A stretch of DNA of 64,000 bases. Source: Octopus sinensis (taxonomy: Eukaryota). The notes below the pieces were generated by a model, which was not told the origin of the DNA, searched no databases, and was given only the letters and a program-made list of their open reading frames with translations. Positions 11,321 through 22,593 of this stretch are shown one piece after another. A program made the position numbers and the translations under genes. Every line of letters starts with the position of its first letter. Position 1 is the stretch's first letter. Location: contig NC_043014.1 of NCBI RefSeq assembly GCF_006345805.1, forward strand, positions 46,376,001-46,440,000, written 5' to 3'.

Positions 11321-11649
11321 TGCGATAGACTAGCATGATCGTGATTTTGATTCCTGGATCGTGTGGTGTGATATGGTCTTGAGCAAAACACTTTATTCCA
11401 CGTTGCCTCAGTCCACTCAGCCGTCTATGAGTAACTGTGCAAAGGACTAGCATCCATATTCAGATCTTGGTCACTGAGAAACTCGGTAACTATGGGTCTT
11501 AGTACTCAAGACAGTATTTACTTTACTAACTGAATACAATATCAGTGTATCAACCAGAATACTGGATATTGTTATACACTGCTGGTCACAATGCACTTCC
11601 AGTTCTTTCATGATTGCACTTTTCTTTATCATCTTGGCCAAAATCATAG

Positions 11650-11930
11650 CGCCGCCTTGACTGGCTTCTGTGCCGGTGGCACGTTAAAAGCACCAACCGA
11701 TTGTGACCACTGCCAGACTCCCCTGACACCTGTGCTAGTGGCACATAAAAAGCACCTACTACATTCATGGAGTGGTTGGCGTTGGGAAGGGCATCCAGCT
11801 GTAGAAGCACTGCCAGATCAGATTGGAGCCTGGTGCAGCCTCCTGGTTTCCCAGACCCCGGTCGAACCGTCCAACCCGTGCTAGTGCGGAAAATGGACGT
11901 TAAATGACGACGACGATGATGATGATGATG
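11650..11930 (+). mobile_element. RTE 3'UTR fragment with (GAT)n tail
   Basis: gtggcacataaaaagcacc...ggagtggttggcgttgggaagggcatccagctgtag...ggacgttaaatgacgacgacgatgatg. Confidence 0.75.
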
Positions 11931-12284
11931 TATCTCCATCAACTTTACTGAACATAATATAGTAAGATTTAATGGTGGTAGTAACCCTTCAGCATTCAAA
12001 TTACTCTATGAAATGTAATGGTTATTTATTCACATTTTAAACAATTAATTATGTATTATCTTGTAGCTAAGAGATTTTGAAGCAGTGCAGGTGCCACTTG
12101 AAAAGCATCCAGTGCACACTGTTAAGTGGTTGGCATTAGGAAGGGCATCTAATTGTAAAAACTATGCCACAACCGACCTCGCCTGTGCTGGTGCCATGTA
12201 AATAGCACTCAGCTCACTCTGTGGAGTGGTTCGTGTTAGGAAGAGCATCCAGTCATAAAAAAAAAATCATGCCAAAACAGACAG

Positions 12285-12590
12285 TGGAAGCACATGGCCT
12301 AGTGGTTAGAGCAGTGGACTCGTGGTCGAGGGATCGTGGGTTCGAATCTCAGCCCGGGCGATATTTGTGTTTATAAGCGAAACACCTAAGCTTCACGCGG
12401 CTCTGGCAGAAGGTCATGGCGAAACTTCTGCTGACTCTTTCGCCACAACTTTCTCTCGCTCTTTCCTCCTGCACCTTGCAGCTCACTTGCGACGGACTGG
12501 CGTCCCGTCCAGGTGGGGAGCATATACACCAAAGAAACCGGGAAACCGGCCCTTATGAGCCAGGTATGGCTCGAGAAGGAACAAACAACA
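12285..12590 (+). mobile_element. SINE family B-related (variant tail)
   Basis: tggcctagtggttagagcagtggactc...ggttcgaatctc head; same element at 37080-37390 and 39225-39460. Confidence 0.75.
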
Positions 12591-12714
12591 ACAAAACAGA
12601 CACAGAAGTCTGGTGCAGTCTTCTGCCTGGCCAGGTCCTGTCAAACTGTCCAACCCATGCCAGCATGGAAGGAGGATGTTAAACGATGATGATGATGATG
12701 ATTACTCTCTCTCT

Positions 12715-12915
12715 CTCTTTTACTCTTTCACTTGTTTCAGTCATTTGACTGCGGCCATGCTGGAGCACCGCCTTTAGTCGAGCAAATCGACCCCGGGACT
12801 TATTCTTTGTAAGCCCAGTACTTATTCTATCGGTCTCTTTTGCCGAACCGCTAAGTGACGGGGACGTAAACATACCAGCATCAGTTGTCAAGCGATGCTA
12901 GAGGGACAAACACAT

Positions 12916-12959
<44 letters not shown>

Positions 12960-13118
12960 CATATATACGACAGGCTTCTTTCAGTTTCCATCTACCAAAT
13001 CCACTCATAAGGTTTTGGTCGGCCCGAGGCTATAGCAGAAGACACTTGCCCAAGATGCCGAACCCGGAACCATGTGGTTGGTAAGCAAGCTACTTACCAC
13101 ACAGCCACTCCTGCGCCT
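12715..13118 (-). mobile_element. SINE family A, full length
   Basis: Reverse-complement match to 1015-1422. Confidence 0.85.
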
Positions 13119-13764
13119 GTTTATTTTTAGAATGCCATTGCTGTATAAACGTGAGATGCTGTCTATGGCTAGTTTGAACATTAGACAATTAGAGTATCTG
13201 GGCCAGATACAGCCAGTCTGACTGCTAAAAGGTTAAAGATAAGAACTTTCAAAAGCAGAAAGTATTGAGTTTAACTAAATGCTTAGTCATGTTATCGAAA
13301 GATTCAAGATTACGAAGAAAGTGTCATTCGTAAAATATTAATTGGATGTCTAAAAACCAAGCCATTTGTTTAACTCAACCTAAGCAGCACCAATTTTTCT
13401 GTCTTTTCTCTTGAGACTTGTGACATCATAATTTAGTTTTCTTAGCTTTACAGTTTTGCAGGCAGCTTTTACCGTTTAGTGAACTGGTGGTGGTTACTCA
13501 TGTACCATGTCGCTTTGATGACTGATCGGTCAATTTGAAAGAAAGAATTTCGGCAGACAGAGTCACTTGTTCCTAATCCATCGAGGAATCCTACCGAAAG
13601 TCATAGGAAAGTTATTTTCAATATTTATTGAAGTCAGAGGAATCTTACCGGATAAAAACCTGATTAGAAGAGATTAAAAGAGATTATGTATGAGTTAGAT
13701 GAATTGCAAAAAGACAGACAATCCTCTGAGTCTGAGTCACTCCGAAAAGCTTTATCTGCGATGA

Positions 13765-13996
13765 TTTCATCTCAATCGAAGGAGAGGGGCGTTCTCCATC
13801 CGGGTTGCGGATCTGTGGAATAAGCTGCCGGACGAGATAGTGAAGATGCCAACGACCGCTCGGTTCAAAGTCTCTCTTGACCAGAAATGGCCTGAAATCT
13901 TTGCATGAACACCCTCCCTGTACATAACTCCATGTCCCCCTACATGGCCTTGCTTTTTGCTTTTTGAGCCAAAAAATTAATGTAACTTAACTTAAA
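13765..13996 (+). pseudogene. CR1-type LINE 3' end
   Basis: 13765-13908 translates to FHLNRRRGAFSIRVADLWNKLPDEIVKMPTTARFKVSLDQKWPEIFA*, the typical CR1 ORF2 C-terminus (FS.RV..WN.LP...FK..LD); short UTR and aacttaactt tail follow. Confidence 0.8.
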
Positions 13997-14139
13997 ATGA
14001 CGTTCTGTGTTGATGGCTATTTCTGGAATCATAATCTTGTTTTGAAATTGCTTTTGATGATGTCACATAACAGTTGGTTTTCATCTGGTTTTGTGTTCTG
14101 CCCTTTTGCACAGCACCTTAGGCCAGATGCCTTCAACTA

Positions 14140-14370
14140 TATATTTCTTTACTACCCACAAGGGGCTAAACATAGAGGGGACAAACAAGGACAGACAAAG
14201 TGATTAAGTTGTTTACATCGACCCCAGTGCGTAACTAGTACTTTATTTATCGACCTCGAAAGGATGAAAGGCAAAGTCTATCACGGCGGAATTTGAACTT
14301 AGAACGTAACTACAGACGAAATACGGCTACGCATTTCGCCCGGCGTGCTAACGTTTCTGCCAGCTCGCCT
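14140..14370 (-). mobile_element. tRNA-derived SINE family C (Nin/Deu-like centre)
   Basis: Matches 63486-63718; the gactttgcctttcatcctttcggggtcgataaattaagtaccag centre resembles the Nin/Deu domain (recalled). Confidence 0.75.
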
Positions 14371-14859
14371 TATCTTCTACTATAGCACCGGGTCAGCCAA
14401 AGCCTTGTCAGTGGACTTGATAGAAACTAAAATAAGTCCCCTGTGTGTGTGTACTTGTATCCTGTGATCATGTAATGGTTGTAAATGAGCAGCACTGTAA
14501 TAAAACAACATTCGTTTCTTGCCTTCCGTTGGAAAACATGTCTGGCTATGGGAAATATAACCTTATTTTGAAACTAGTAAAGGTTGGTGACAGGAAGGGC
14601 ATCCAGCGATAAAATCTGCCTCCATAAATTCAGTCTACCCCATGCAAGCATGGAAAATTAGACGTTATTTACGTACTGAGTCCAAATTCCACTGAGGTCA
14701 ACTTTGTCTTTCATCCTTTCGGGGTCAATAAATTAAATACAAGTTGAGTACTGGGGTCAATCTAATCGACTGGCCCCACCTCCCCCAAAATTTCGGGCCT
14801 TGTGCCTAGTGTAGAAAAGAATATTATCATAAGTGTTTTATTTGATTTTTAGTACTGGC

Positions 14860-14980
14860 TTTTAGGTGTTTTTTAAAAAAATTTTTTAGGTGTTTTTTAA
14901 AAAAATTTTTTAGGTGTTTTTTAAAAAAATTTTTTAGGTGTTTTTTAAAAAAGTTTTTTAGGTGTTTTTTAAAAATCTTT
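14860..14980. repeat. 24-bp A/T-tract minisatellite, ~5 copies
   Basis: Unit ttttttaggtgttttttaaaaaaa. Confidence 0.85.
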
Positions 14981-15907
14981 TAACCTATCTTTAATGTTTG
15001 CTGTAATTAATGTAAAGTCATTTAAGGTTTATTTAAAAAAAAAATCAACTTAAAGTAGAAAAAGGCATGACTTGAAACATGTAATTTGAGGCTTGCTTGT
15101 ATGTATATATATATGACTGGTGAAAACATATATTTTTTTTCCTGTAATATAGTTTAGTTAATCAAAGGCAGAGTAGTTACTTAAAAAAAAACCAAAAAAA
15201 AAACCCAACTATTTTTATCAAAATATTCCTAAACAAATTCGTCACTGTCAGATTAAACAAACAAGCAAAATACTTTGTATTCTATTAAGTGCGATCAAAT
15301 TGCACTTTTCTGCTTACAACAAGAACAACAACAACATTTATGCTGGTATAGCTGACTGAGCATTCTCTCCATACTTATAAAATGTCAATATGAATATAGG
15401 CCAAGCCTTCTAGACAAAGGTGAATCATTCCGTTTGAAGTAAATATTTTCAAGTGACTTAAGAGGCCCATAAAACTGGTACTTAGCTCTAGTTTTCGTAG
15501 CATGAAGCAGATGTGATATCCTAACCCCCACCCCCCTTACTTTCTATCTCCGATAAAATTCAAATCTATTTACAGTCAATGCATCTACGTTCGGTATTTT
15601 GTTTTGATAGGTGAACGGATTGCTTCAAGTAAAGTAAAGTAAAAAATTTAAACTTGGTTTTCGTAGGTGAACCCGTGGAAAGATCGTTATCGTCAAGTGA
15701 TGTGTCAAAGGAATGAATTAATAAAAATAAGTAGGCCTGTGTAGTCTCAAGTATGGCTGTGTGGTAAGAAGTTTGCTTCAGTCACATGGTTCTGGGTTCA
15801 GTCCCACTTCGTTGCACCTTGGGCAGGTGTCTTCTGCTGTTCCGTCAAAACCATGCCAGCATGTTTGATAGATGAAAACTGAAAGAACCTCACCACATAC
15901 ATACATA

Positions 15908-16282
15908 CTGGCTGTGTGGTAAGTAGCTTGCTTACCAACCACATGGTTCCGGGTTCAGTCCCACTGCGTGGCACCTTGGGCAAGTGTCTTCTACTATAGC
16001 CTCGGCCTGACCAAAGCCTTGTGAGTGGATTTGGTAGACGGAAACTGAAAGAAGCCCTAGTATATATGTATATGTATATATATGTGTGTGTCTGTGTTTG
16101 TCCCCCCAACATCGCTTGATAACCGATGCTGGTGTGTTTACGTCTCCGTAACTTAGCGGTTCAGCAAAAGGGACTGATAGAATAAGTACTAGGCTTCCAA
16201 AGAATAAGTCCCAGGGTCGATTTGCTCGACTAAAGGCGGTGCTCCAGCATGGACACAGTCAAATGACTGAAACAAGTAAAGA

Positions 16283-16283
<1 letters not shown>
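15908..16283 (+). mobile_element. SINE family A
   Basis: Match to 1015-1422; a degenerate partial copy precedes it at ~15745-15890. Confidence 0.85.
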
Positions 16284-16348
<65 letters not shown>

Positions 16349-17039
16349 AATGAGTGTGTTACTGTCTCCATGCTTTGACATTGTGTGATAGTTGCAAACA
16401 AATGTCAGTGTCATGTACGAAGTGCCCGTTGTTCCTAATCTTCCATGAAAACCTGTCTTTTAATGGAGAAATACTACCTTACCTGGAAACAGGTGAGGGT
16501 TGGTGACGGGAAGGGCACCTGGCTGTAGGAAATCTACCTCAACAAAATTCTGACTGACCCATGTAATCATGGAAAAGTGGACATTAAAACAATGGTGATG
16601 AAGTATCAAACTGCAGTGAGTATGTCTAGGTTGGTGGTTTGATTGACTAAAAACTCTCAAAGGTGGCGCCCCAACATGGCGACAATCCAATGACTGAAAT
16701 TAATAATCTACTGTAGGCACGAGACCTGACATTTTCGTGGGAGGGAATTAGTCAATTACATTGGCCCTTGCTCTTGACTGGTACTTACTCTATTGACCAC
16801 GAAAGGAAAAAAAGCATAGGTGACCTTGTTGGCATTTGAACTCATGAAATGCTGCTAAGCATTTTGTCTGGTGTGCTAATGGTTCTGCCAGCTTTCCACC
16901 TTAACCCTTTGGAATTTAAGCTGGGCAAATCCAGCCAAAATATTCTACCTGTTTTATGTTCAGACTGGCTTGATAGATCTAGCCAGATCATAAAGGTGGA
17001 CGAAATATTGCTAAGCATTTTACTCGGCGTGCTAACGAT

Positions 17040-17635
17040 TCTTTTTTCTTTATTGCCCACAAGGGGCTAAACATAGAGGGGACAAACAAGGACAGACAAA
17101 GGGATTAAGTCCATTACATCAACCCTAGTGCGTAACTGGTACTTAATTTATCGACCCTGAAAGGATGAAAGCAAAGTCGACCTCAGTGGAATTTGAACTC
17201 AGAATGTAATGGCAGACGAAATACCTATATCTTTACTACCCACAAGGGGCTAAACACAGAGGGGACAAACAAAGACAGACAAAGGGATTAAGTTGATTAC
17301 ATCGACCCCAGTGCATAACTGGTACTTAATTTATCGACCCCGAAAGGATGAAAGGCAAAGTCAACCTCAGCGGAATTTGAACTCAGATTGTAACGGCAGA
17401 CTTATTTCTTTACTATCCACGAGGGGCTAAACACAGAGGGGACAAACAAGGACAGGCAAAGGGATTAAGTCGATTATATCCACCCCAGTGCATAACTGGT
17501 ACTTAATTTATCGACCCCAAAAGGATGAAAGGCAAAGTCGACCTTGGCGGAATTTGAACTCAGAACGTAACGGCAGACGAAATACTGCTAAGCATTTCGC
17601 CCAGCGTGCTAACGATTCTGCCAGCTTGCTGCCTT
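17040..17635 (-). mobile_element. SINE family C concatemer (one head, three bodies)
   Basis: Three ~180-190-bp bodies each beginning (plus strand) ttt(c/a)tt...cccacaagggg; tRNA-like head only at ~17585-17635. Confidence 0.8.
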
Positions 17636-18331
17636 GTGATAGTGTATAATACTGGTTTCAAATTTTGGCACAAGGCCAGCAATTTTGGAGGAGGGGCTAA
17701 GTCGATTACTTATGATAGTATATAATACTGAAGGTTTATTCCATAGGCCAATATCTCAGACTCATAGGAAAAAGAAATGAGATTGTTTGACATTTGTGAT
17801 TTTCTCAGAATCATTAGCAAACTGCACAAAGTTAAATGACCACAAAATAATTCTGGGATTACTTTGTGCCAACATGCTAATAACAATGTGATAAATAACG
17901 AATACCATTAATATTAAATATTTTGTTGTATCTCGGGAGGTTCGTTATGTCAATAATAAACACACATTTTATTATTCATCAATTGGTTAATTTTTGAAGC
18001 AGTTAATTAATTGGTTGTTTGTTTAACTATTTGGCTAATTAAGTGATCACTTATATGTTTGCCAAAGACACTTTTGTTGTCATTTGCAGCCCCTTCAGTG
18101 ACATGGCCCCTCTGCTCCAGATCAGCTTCAGAGGTCGCGAATGGTGATGACAGGGCTTTGAGAAACAACTGATTGATTGATAAACTGAATGATTAATCAA
18201 ATAACTGATTAGTTAATTGATTAAATAATTAAGCAATTGGCAAATAAATAATAATAAAAGAAGTGAAACAGAGCCAGAGTATGTCTGCTAATTATTAACA
18301 TAATGATCCTGTCAAGATACAATAAAATCTG

Positions 18332-18908
18332 GGATCTTTTCGGTTTGAACGGCAGTTTTTTCTAGCGGTGTCATATGAAATTATCACCCATAATTATGAC
18401 CCTAGTATCGATCTATTGCATTTCAATCTATTTTAGGGTTAGGGTTAGGGGTGAAGGGTATCTTTTTTTCTTCACAAATGTAAATAAACCCAATCTGTTT
18501 CTTAAACTAGGGACATATTCATACGGCACAGAATGTATTTTTACCTCAATAGACATCAGTGTTTGGTTGAAATTGTAGAGTTAGGGTAAGTTAGGGTTGG
18601 GTTAGGGGTGGGGGGAAGGGTATCTTTTTTTCTTCACAAATATAAATAAACCCAATCTGTTTCTTAAACGAGGGACATATTCATACGGCACAGAATGTTT
18701 TTTTACCTCAATAGACGGTCATTGATTGGTTGAAATTGCCAAAATGCAAGAAATTAAGGACCAAATATCTTCCGAACTATAGAATTTTCTCAAGAAAGCC
18801 AAGAGAAAATGATGTTTTATAAACACATTCTATCAGAATACAAAGTTTAAAATTTTTTAGTTACCTAGAAATTATTAAAAAAAACTTCCGTTCAAACCGA
18901 AAAGATCC
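18332..18908. mobile_element. MITE (GGATCTTTTCGG family), reverse orientation, with internal ~150-bp duplication
   Basis: TIRs at both ends; flanks AAAATCTG and AAATTCTG (7/8 match). Confidence 0.85.
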
Positions 18909-19295
18909 AAATTCTGTTTCCACACAAGTTCACATCAAGAATCTTGTGGACTAAATGCAAAAGCAAAATCTTAAATAATTATTTGTGGAGGTAATGATAG
19001 TAATTATAAAATATCACTTTAAAAAATATATAAATATATTTCTCCCCAAATTTTGTTTGATTTACCGAAAAGAACAGGCTCTGATTATTCAATTATTCAG
19101 GAATCGCTAATAAGTAGGTCACATCAACCGATACTAGTGGCAGCCTCTCCTTCCTTGCCACTGCTGTGGTAGTAGGTGACGCTGAGGAAGACTTTCAAAA
19201 GCTGATTTTTTTTATTCATACTTTCAACTATTTCTCTTGTTTATGGCTCCCGCTCGAGAGGCGAGAGGCGGGGCTAGAGGAAGCTTAATGGGAGT

Positions 19296-19908
19296 TGCAT
19301 GTTTGTGTGCGTGTGTGTGTGTGTGTGTGTGTGCATGCATGTTTGTGTGTGTGTGAGTGTGTGCATTTTTGCGTGCATGCATGTGTGTGTGTGTGTGTGG
19401 TGTATTTGTGTATGTATGTGTGTGTGTGTGTGCGTACATGTGTGTGTGAGCGTGTGTGCAAGCATGTGTGTGTATGCATGTGTGTGTGTGGTGTATTTGT
19501 GTATGTATGTATGTGTGCATGCATGTGTATGTGCGAGTGTGTGTATGTGCATGCATGTGTGTGTATGTATGTGTGTATTTGTGTGTGCATGGATGTGTGC
19601 AAGCATGTGTGTGTATGCATGTGTGTGTGGTGTATTTGTGTATGTATGTATGTGTGCGTGCGTGTGTATGTATGTGTGTGAGTGTGTGTGCATGCATGTG
19701 TGTGTATGCATGTGTGTGTGTATTTGTGTATGCATGCATGTGTGTATTTGTGTGTGCATGCATGTATGCAGCCATGTGTGCAGCCATGTGTGCACATTTG
19801 CATGTGCATGCATGTGTCTTCATGTGTCCATGCGTGTGCATGCATGCATGCGTGTGTATGCACGCGTTTGTGCATTCACGCACATGCTTGTATGTTTGTG
19901 TGCATGTG

Positions 19909-19945
<37 letters not shown>

Positions 19946-19975
19946 ATGTATGTGTATGTGTGTGTTTACATGTTT
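19296..19975. repeat. Compound (TG)n/(TGCA)n microsatellite
   Basis: Direct inspection; source of several spurious ORFs. Confidence 0.9.
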
Positions 19976-20534
19976 GCATATACAGAGCCACAAATATACA
20001 ATATCAATAATCATTCACAATACACACACAAACACAATACGAAAATCATTCTCGAAAATTGTTTTTGTTTCTCCATCGCTGCTGTTTGCCTTGTCTCTTC
20101 ATCTGATGACTCATCTAACGAATATCTTAAACATTTCTCTTATTTATTCCGTTACTTTCCATAATTGAAAGATAAAAAAGCAAATTACAAAATTCAAAAA
20201 AAATGTTTTATCCGCAAACCAAAGAAACAAACTTCAATACAAAACAAAGTCTTTGTAATTTTCTAATATTTTCATTATTTATTGGGGTTTTGATTGATAT
20301 AAAGTAATTAACATTTCGTGTGTCTTCCAACTTGCGATCCACATTTCATGGGTTACTTTTTTGGGGTTGATATTGTGAATCGTGGGCATTTACTGTATTC
20401 GTACAATACATTGTTTTTGTTTGTATATGGTTTATTCTACTTTCAGGAAAAATATGGGAAGTATCTTTCGGTCTGGGATAGAATCATAAGAATGGGAGTT
20501 GTCCCTAAAATTGTTTCAAATTTTGGCACTGGGC

Positions 20535-20920
20535 CATCATCATCATCATCGTTTAATGTCCGCTTTCTATGCTGGCATGGGTTCGACGGTTTGACTGAAG
20601 TCTGGGGTGGCGTGGAGTGGGGGCAGTGGCTGCACCAGGCTCCAATCTGATCTGGCAAGGTTTCTACAGCTGGATGCCCTTCCTAACGCCAACCACTCCA
20701 AGAGTGTAGTGGGTGCCTTTTACGTGCCTCTGGCATGGGGGCTAGTCAGGCGGCACTGGCATTGACCATGCTTGAATGGTGTATTTTACGTGCCACTGGT
20801 ACAGGAGCCAGTCCGGTGGCACTGGCATTGACCATGCTTGAATGGTGCTTTTTATGTGCCACCAGTACAGAAGCCAGTCCAGTGGCACTAGTATCGACCA
20901 CGCTTGAATGGTGCTTTTTA
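20535..20920 (-). mobile_element. RTE 3'UTR fragment with internal ~60-bp repeats
   Basis: catcatcatcgtttaatgtccgc... followed by three gtggcactggcattgaccatgcttgaatggtg...tttta(c/t)gtg units. Confidence 0.7.
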
Positions 20921-21469
20921 TGTGAATGATATTTTTTTTGCATTTTAGGAGAAGGGGCTTAGTCAATTACATCAACCCCAGCACAAAACTGGTACTTATT
21001 TGATCAAACCTGGAAGAATTGAAGGCAAAGTTGGCCTCAGTAGTATTTGAACTCAGACTCTGAAGAACTAGAAGAAATTCTGTTAAGCATTTGGTCCAGT
21101 GTGCTAACCCTTCTGCCAGATCCCCACCTTAGTTGTCCCTAAATTTACAATTAAATAATCATGAGTGAAGGGATCTTTTATATGGTGGTTATTTTGTATA
21201 TTTTGTGGATGATTTTTTTAGTTATTGCTATATCTGGTGACCACTCCATTGATCTGTGTCCCAGCTCTCTGGATTCTGATTTTACAGAAAATAGTATAAC
21301 TGCAGCCAGTGGCTGTGTGGTTAAGAAGCTCGCTACTCGCTCCCATGTGAAACTGGGTTCAGTTCCACTGCATGGCATCTCAGCAAAAGTCTTCTGTAGC
21401 TCCAGACCAGCCAACGCCTCGTGAGTGAATTTAATAGACAGAAACAGAAAGAAGCCCAATACACGCACG

Positions 21470-21470
21470 T

Positions 21471-21532
<62 letters not shown>

Positions 21533-21732
21533 ACACAGACACACACAGACACACACACACACACACACACAGACACACACACAATCACCGACACACACAG
21601 ACACGCACACAGACACACAGACACACAGACACACAGACACACACATACACAGACACAAACACTCACACACACACTCACATACACACACAAACACTCACAG
21701 ACACACACACAAACACACACACACACACACAA
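21470..21732. repeat. (CA)n/(CAGA)n microsatellite following a partial family A SINE (21300-21470)
   Basis: Direct inspection. Confidence 0.9.
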
Positions 21733-22222
21733 AAATGTAAATTGGCATCAATATTTTTGAAAGATTTGTTTTCCTTTCTCTTTTGAATATTTCATAGTTG
21801 TGGGAAAAGTTTTCTTCCCGCTTGATCTGCCATAATAACCAAACTGATACAGTTATCTCACAGAAATACTCCAATTTATTTGGAGTTGCTATTGCACTAT
21901 CAGCTGCCTTTACAATGGAAATTATTTAAACCCTTTTTTTGCATTTAAACCTGCCATATCCAGCCAAAATATTCCACCTGCTTTATGTTCAGCGCACCTA
22001 GATCTGGCCTATCATACCTACTCTCTTTTACTCTTTTATACTTGTTTCAGTCATTTGACTGTGGCCATGCTGGTGCACCGCCTTTAGTCGAGCAAATCGA
22101 CCCCAGGACTTATTCTTTGAAAGCCTAGTACTTATTTTATCAGTATCTTTTGCCGAACCGCTAAGTTATGGGGATGTAAACACACCAGCATCAGTTATCA
22201 AGCGATGTTGGGGGGACAAACA

Positions 22223-22284
<62 letters not shown>

Positions 22285-22285
<1 letters not shown>

Positions 22286-22515
22286 TTCTTTACTACCCAG
22301 AAGGGGCTAAACATAGAGGGGACAAACAAGGACGACATAGGTATTAAGTCGATTACAACCGACCCCAGTGCGAAACTTGTACTTTATTTATCGAACCCCG
22401 AAAGATGAAAGGCAAGTCTACCTCGGCGGAATTTGAACTCAGAACGTAACGGCAAGACGAAATAACCGCTAAGCATTTCGCCCGGCGCGCTAACGTTTCT
22501 GCCAGCCACGCCGCC
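22285..22515 (-). mobile_element. SINE family C
   Basis: Reverse match to 63486-63718. Confidence 0.8.
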
Positions 22516-22593
22516 TTATATATATATATATACATATATATTATATTACATATATATATATAGATATATATATATATATATACATATTATATA

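Noticed and set aside
18430-18610. TTAGGG/CCCTAA telomere-like runs (also ~10870, ~48625-48665, ~49210-49250, ~56318-56330)
   Set aside because: Short, degenerate and always at the same internal position of the GGATC MITE; not interstitial telomeres.
21161-21236. Hydrophobic [25 protein letters not shown](G) with a phase-1 GT as possible Piezo exon 1
   Set aside because: Weak donor (GTGACC), no conserved (R/W)xxLP motif of Piezo N-termini, and no promoter-like context.
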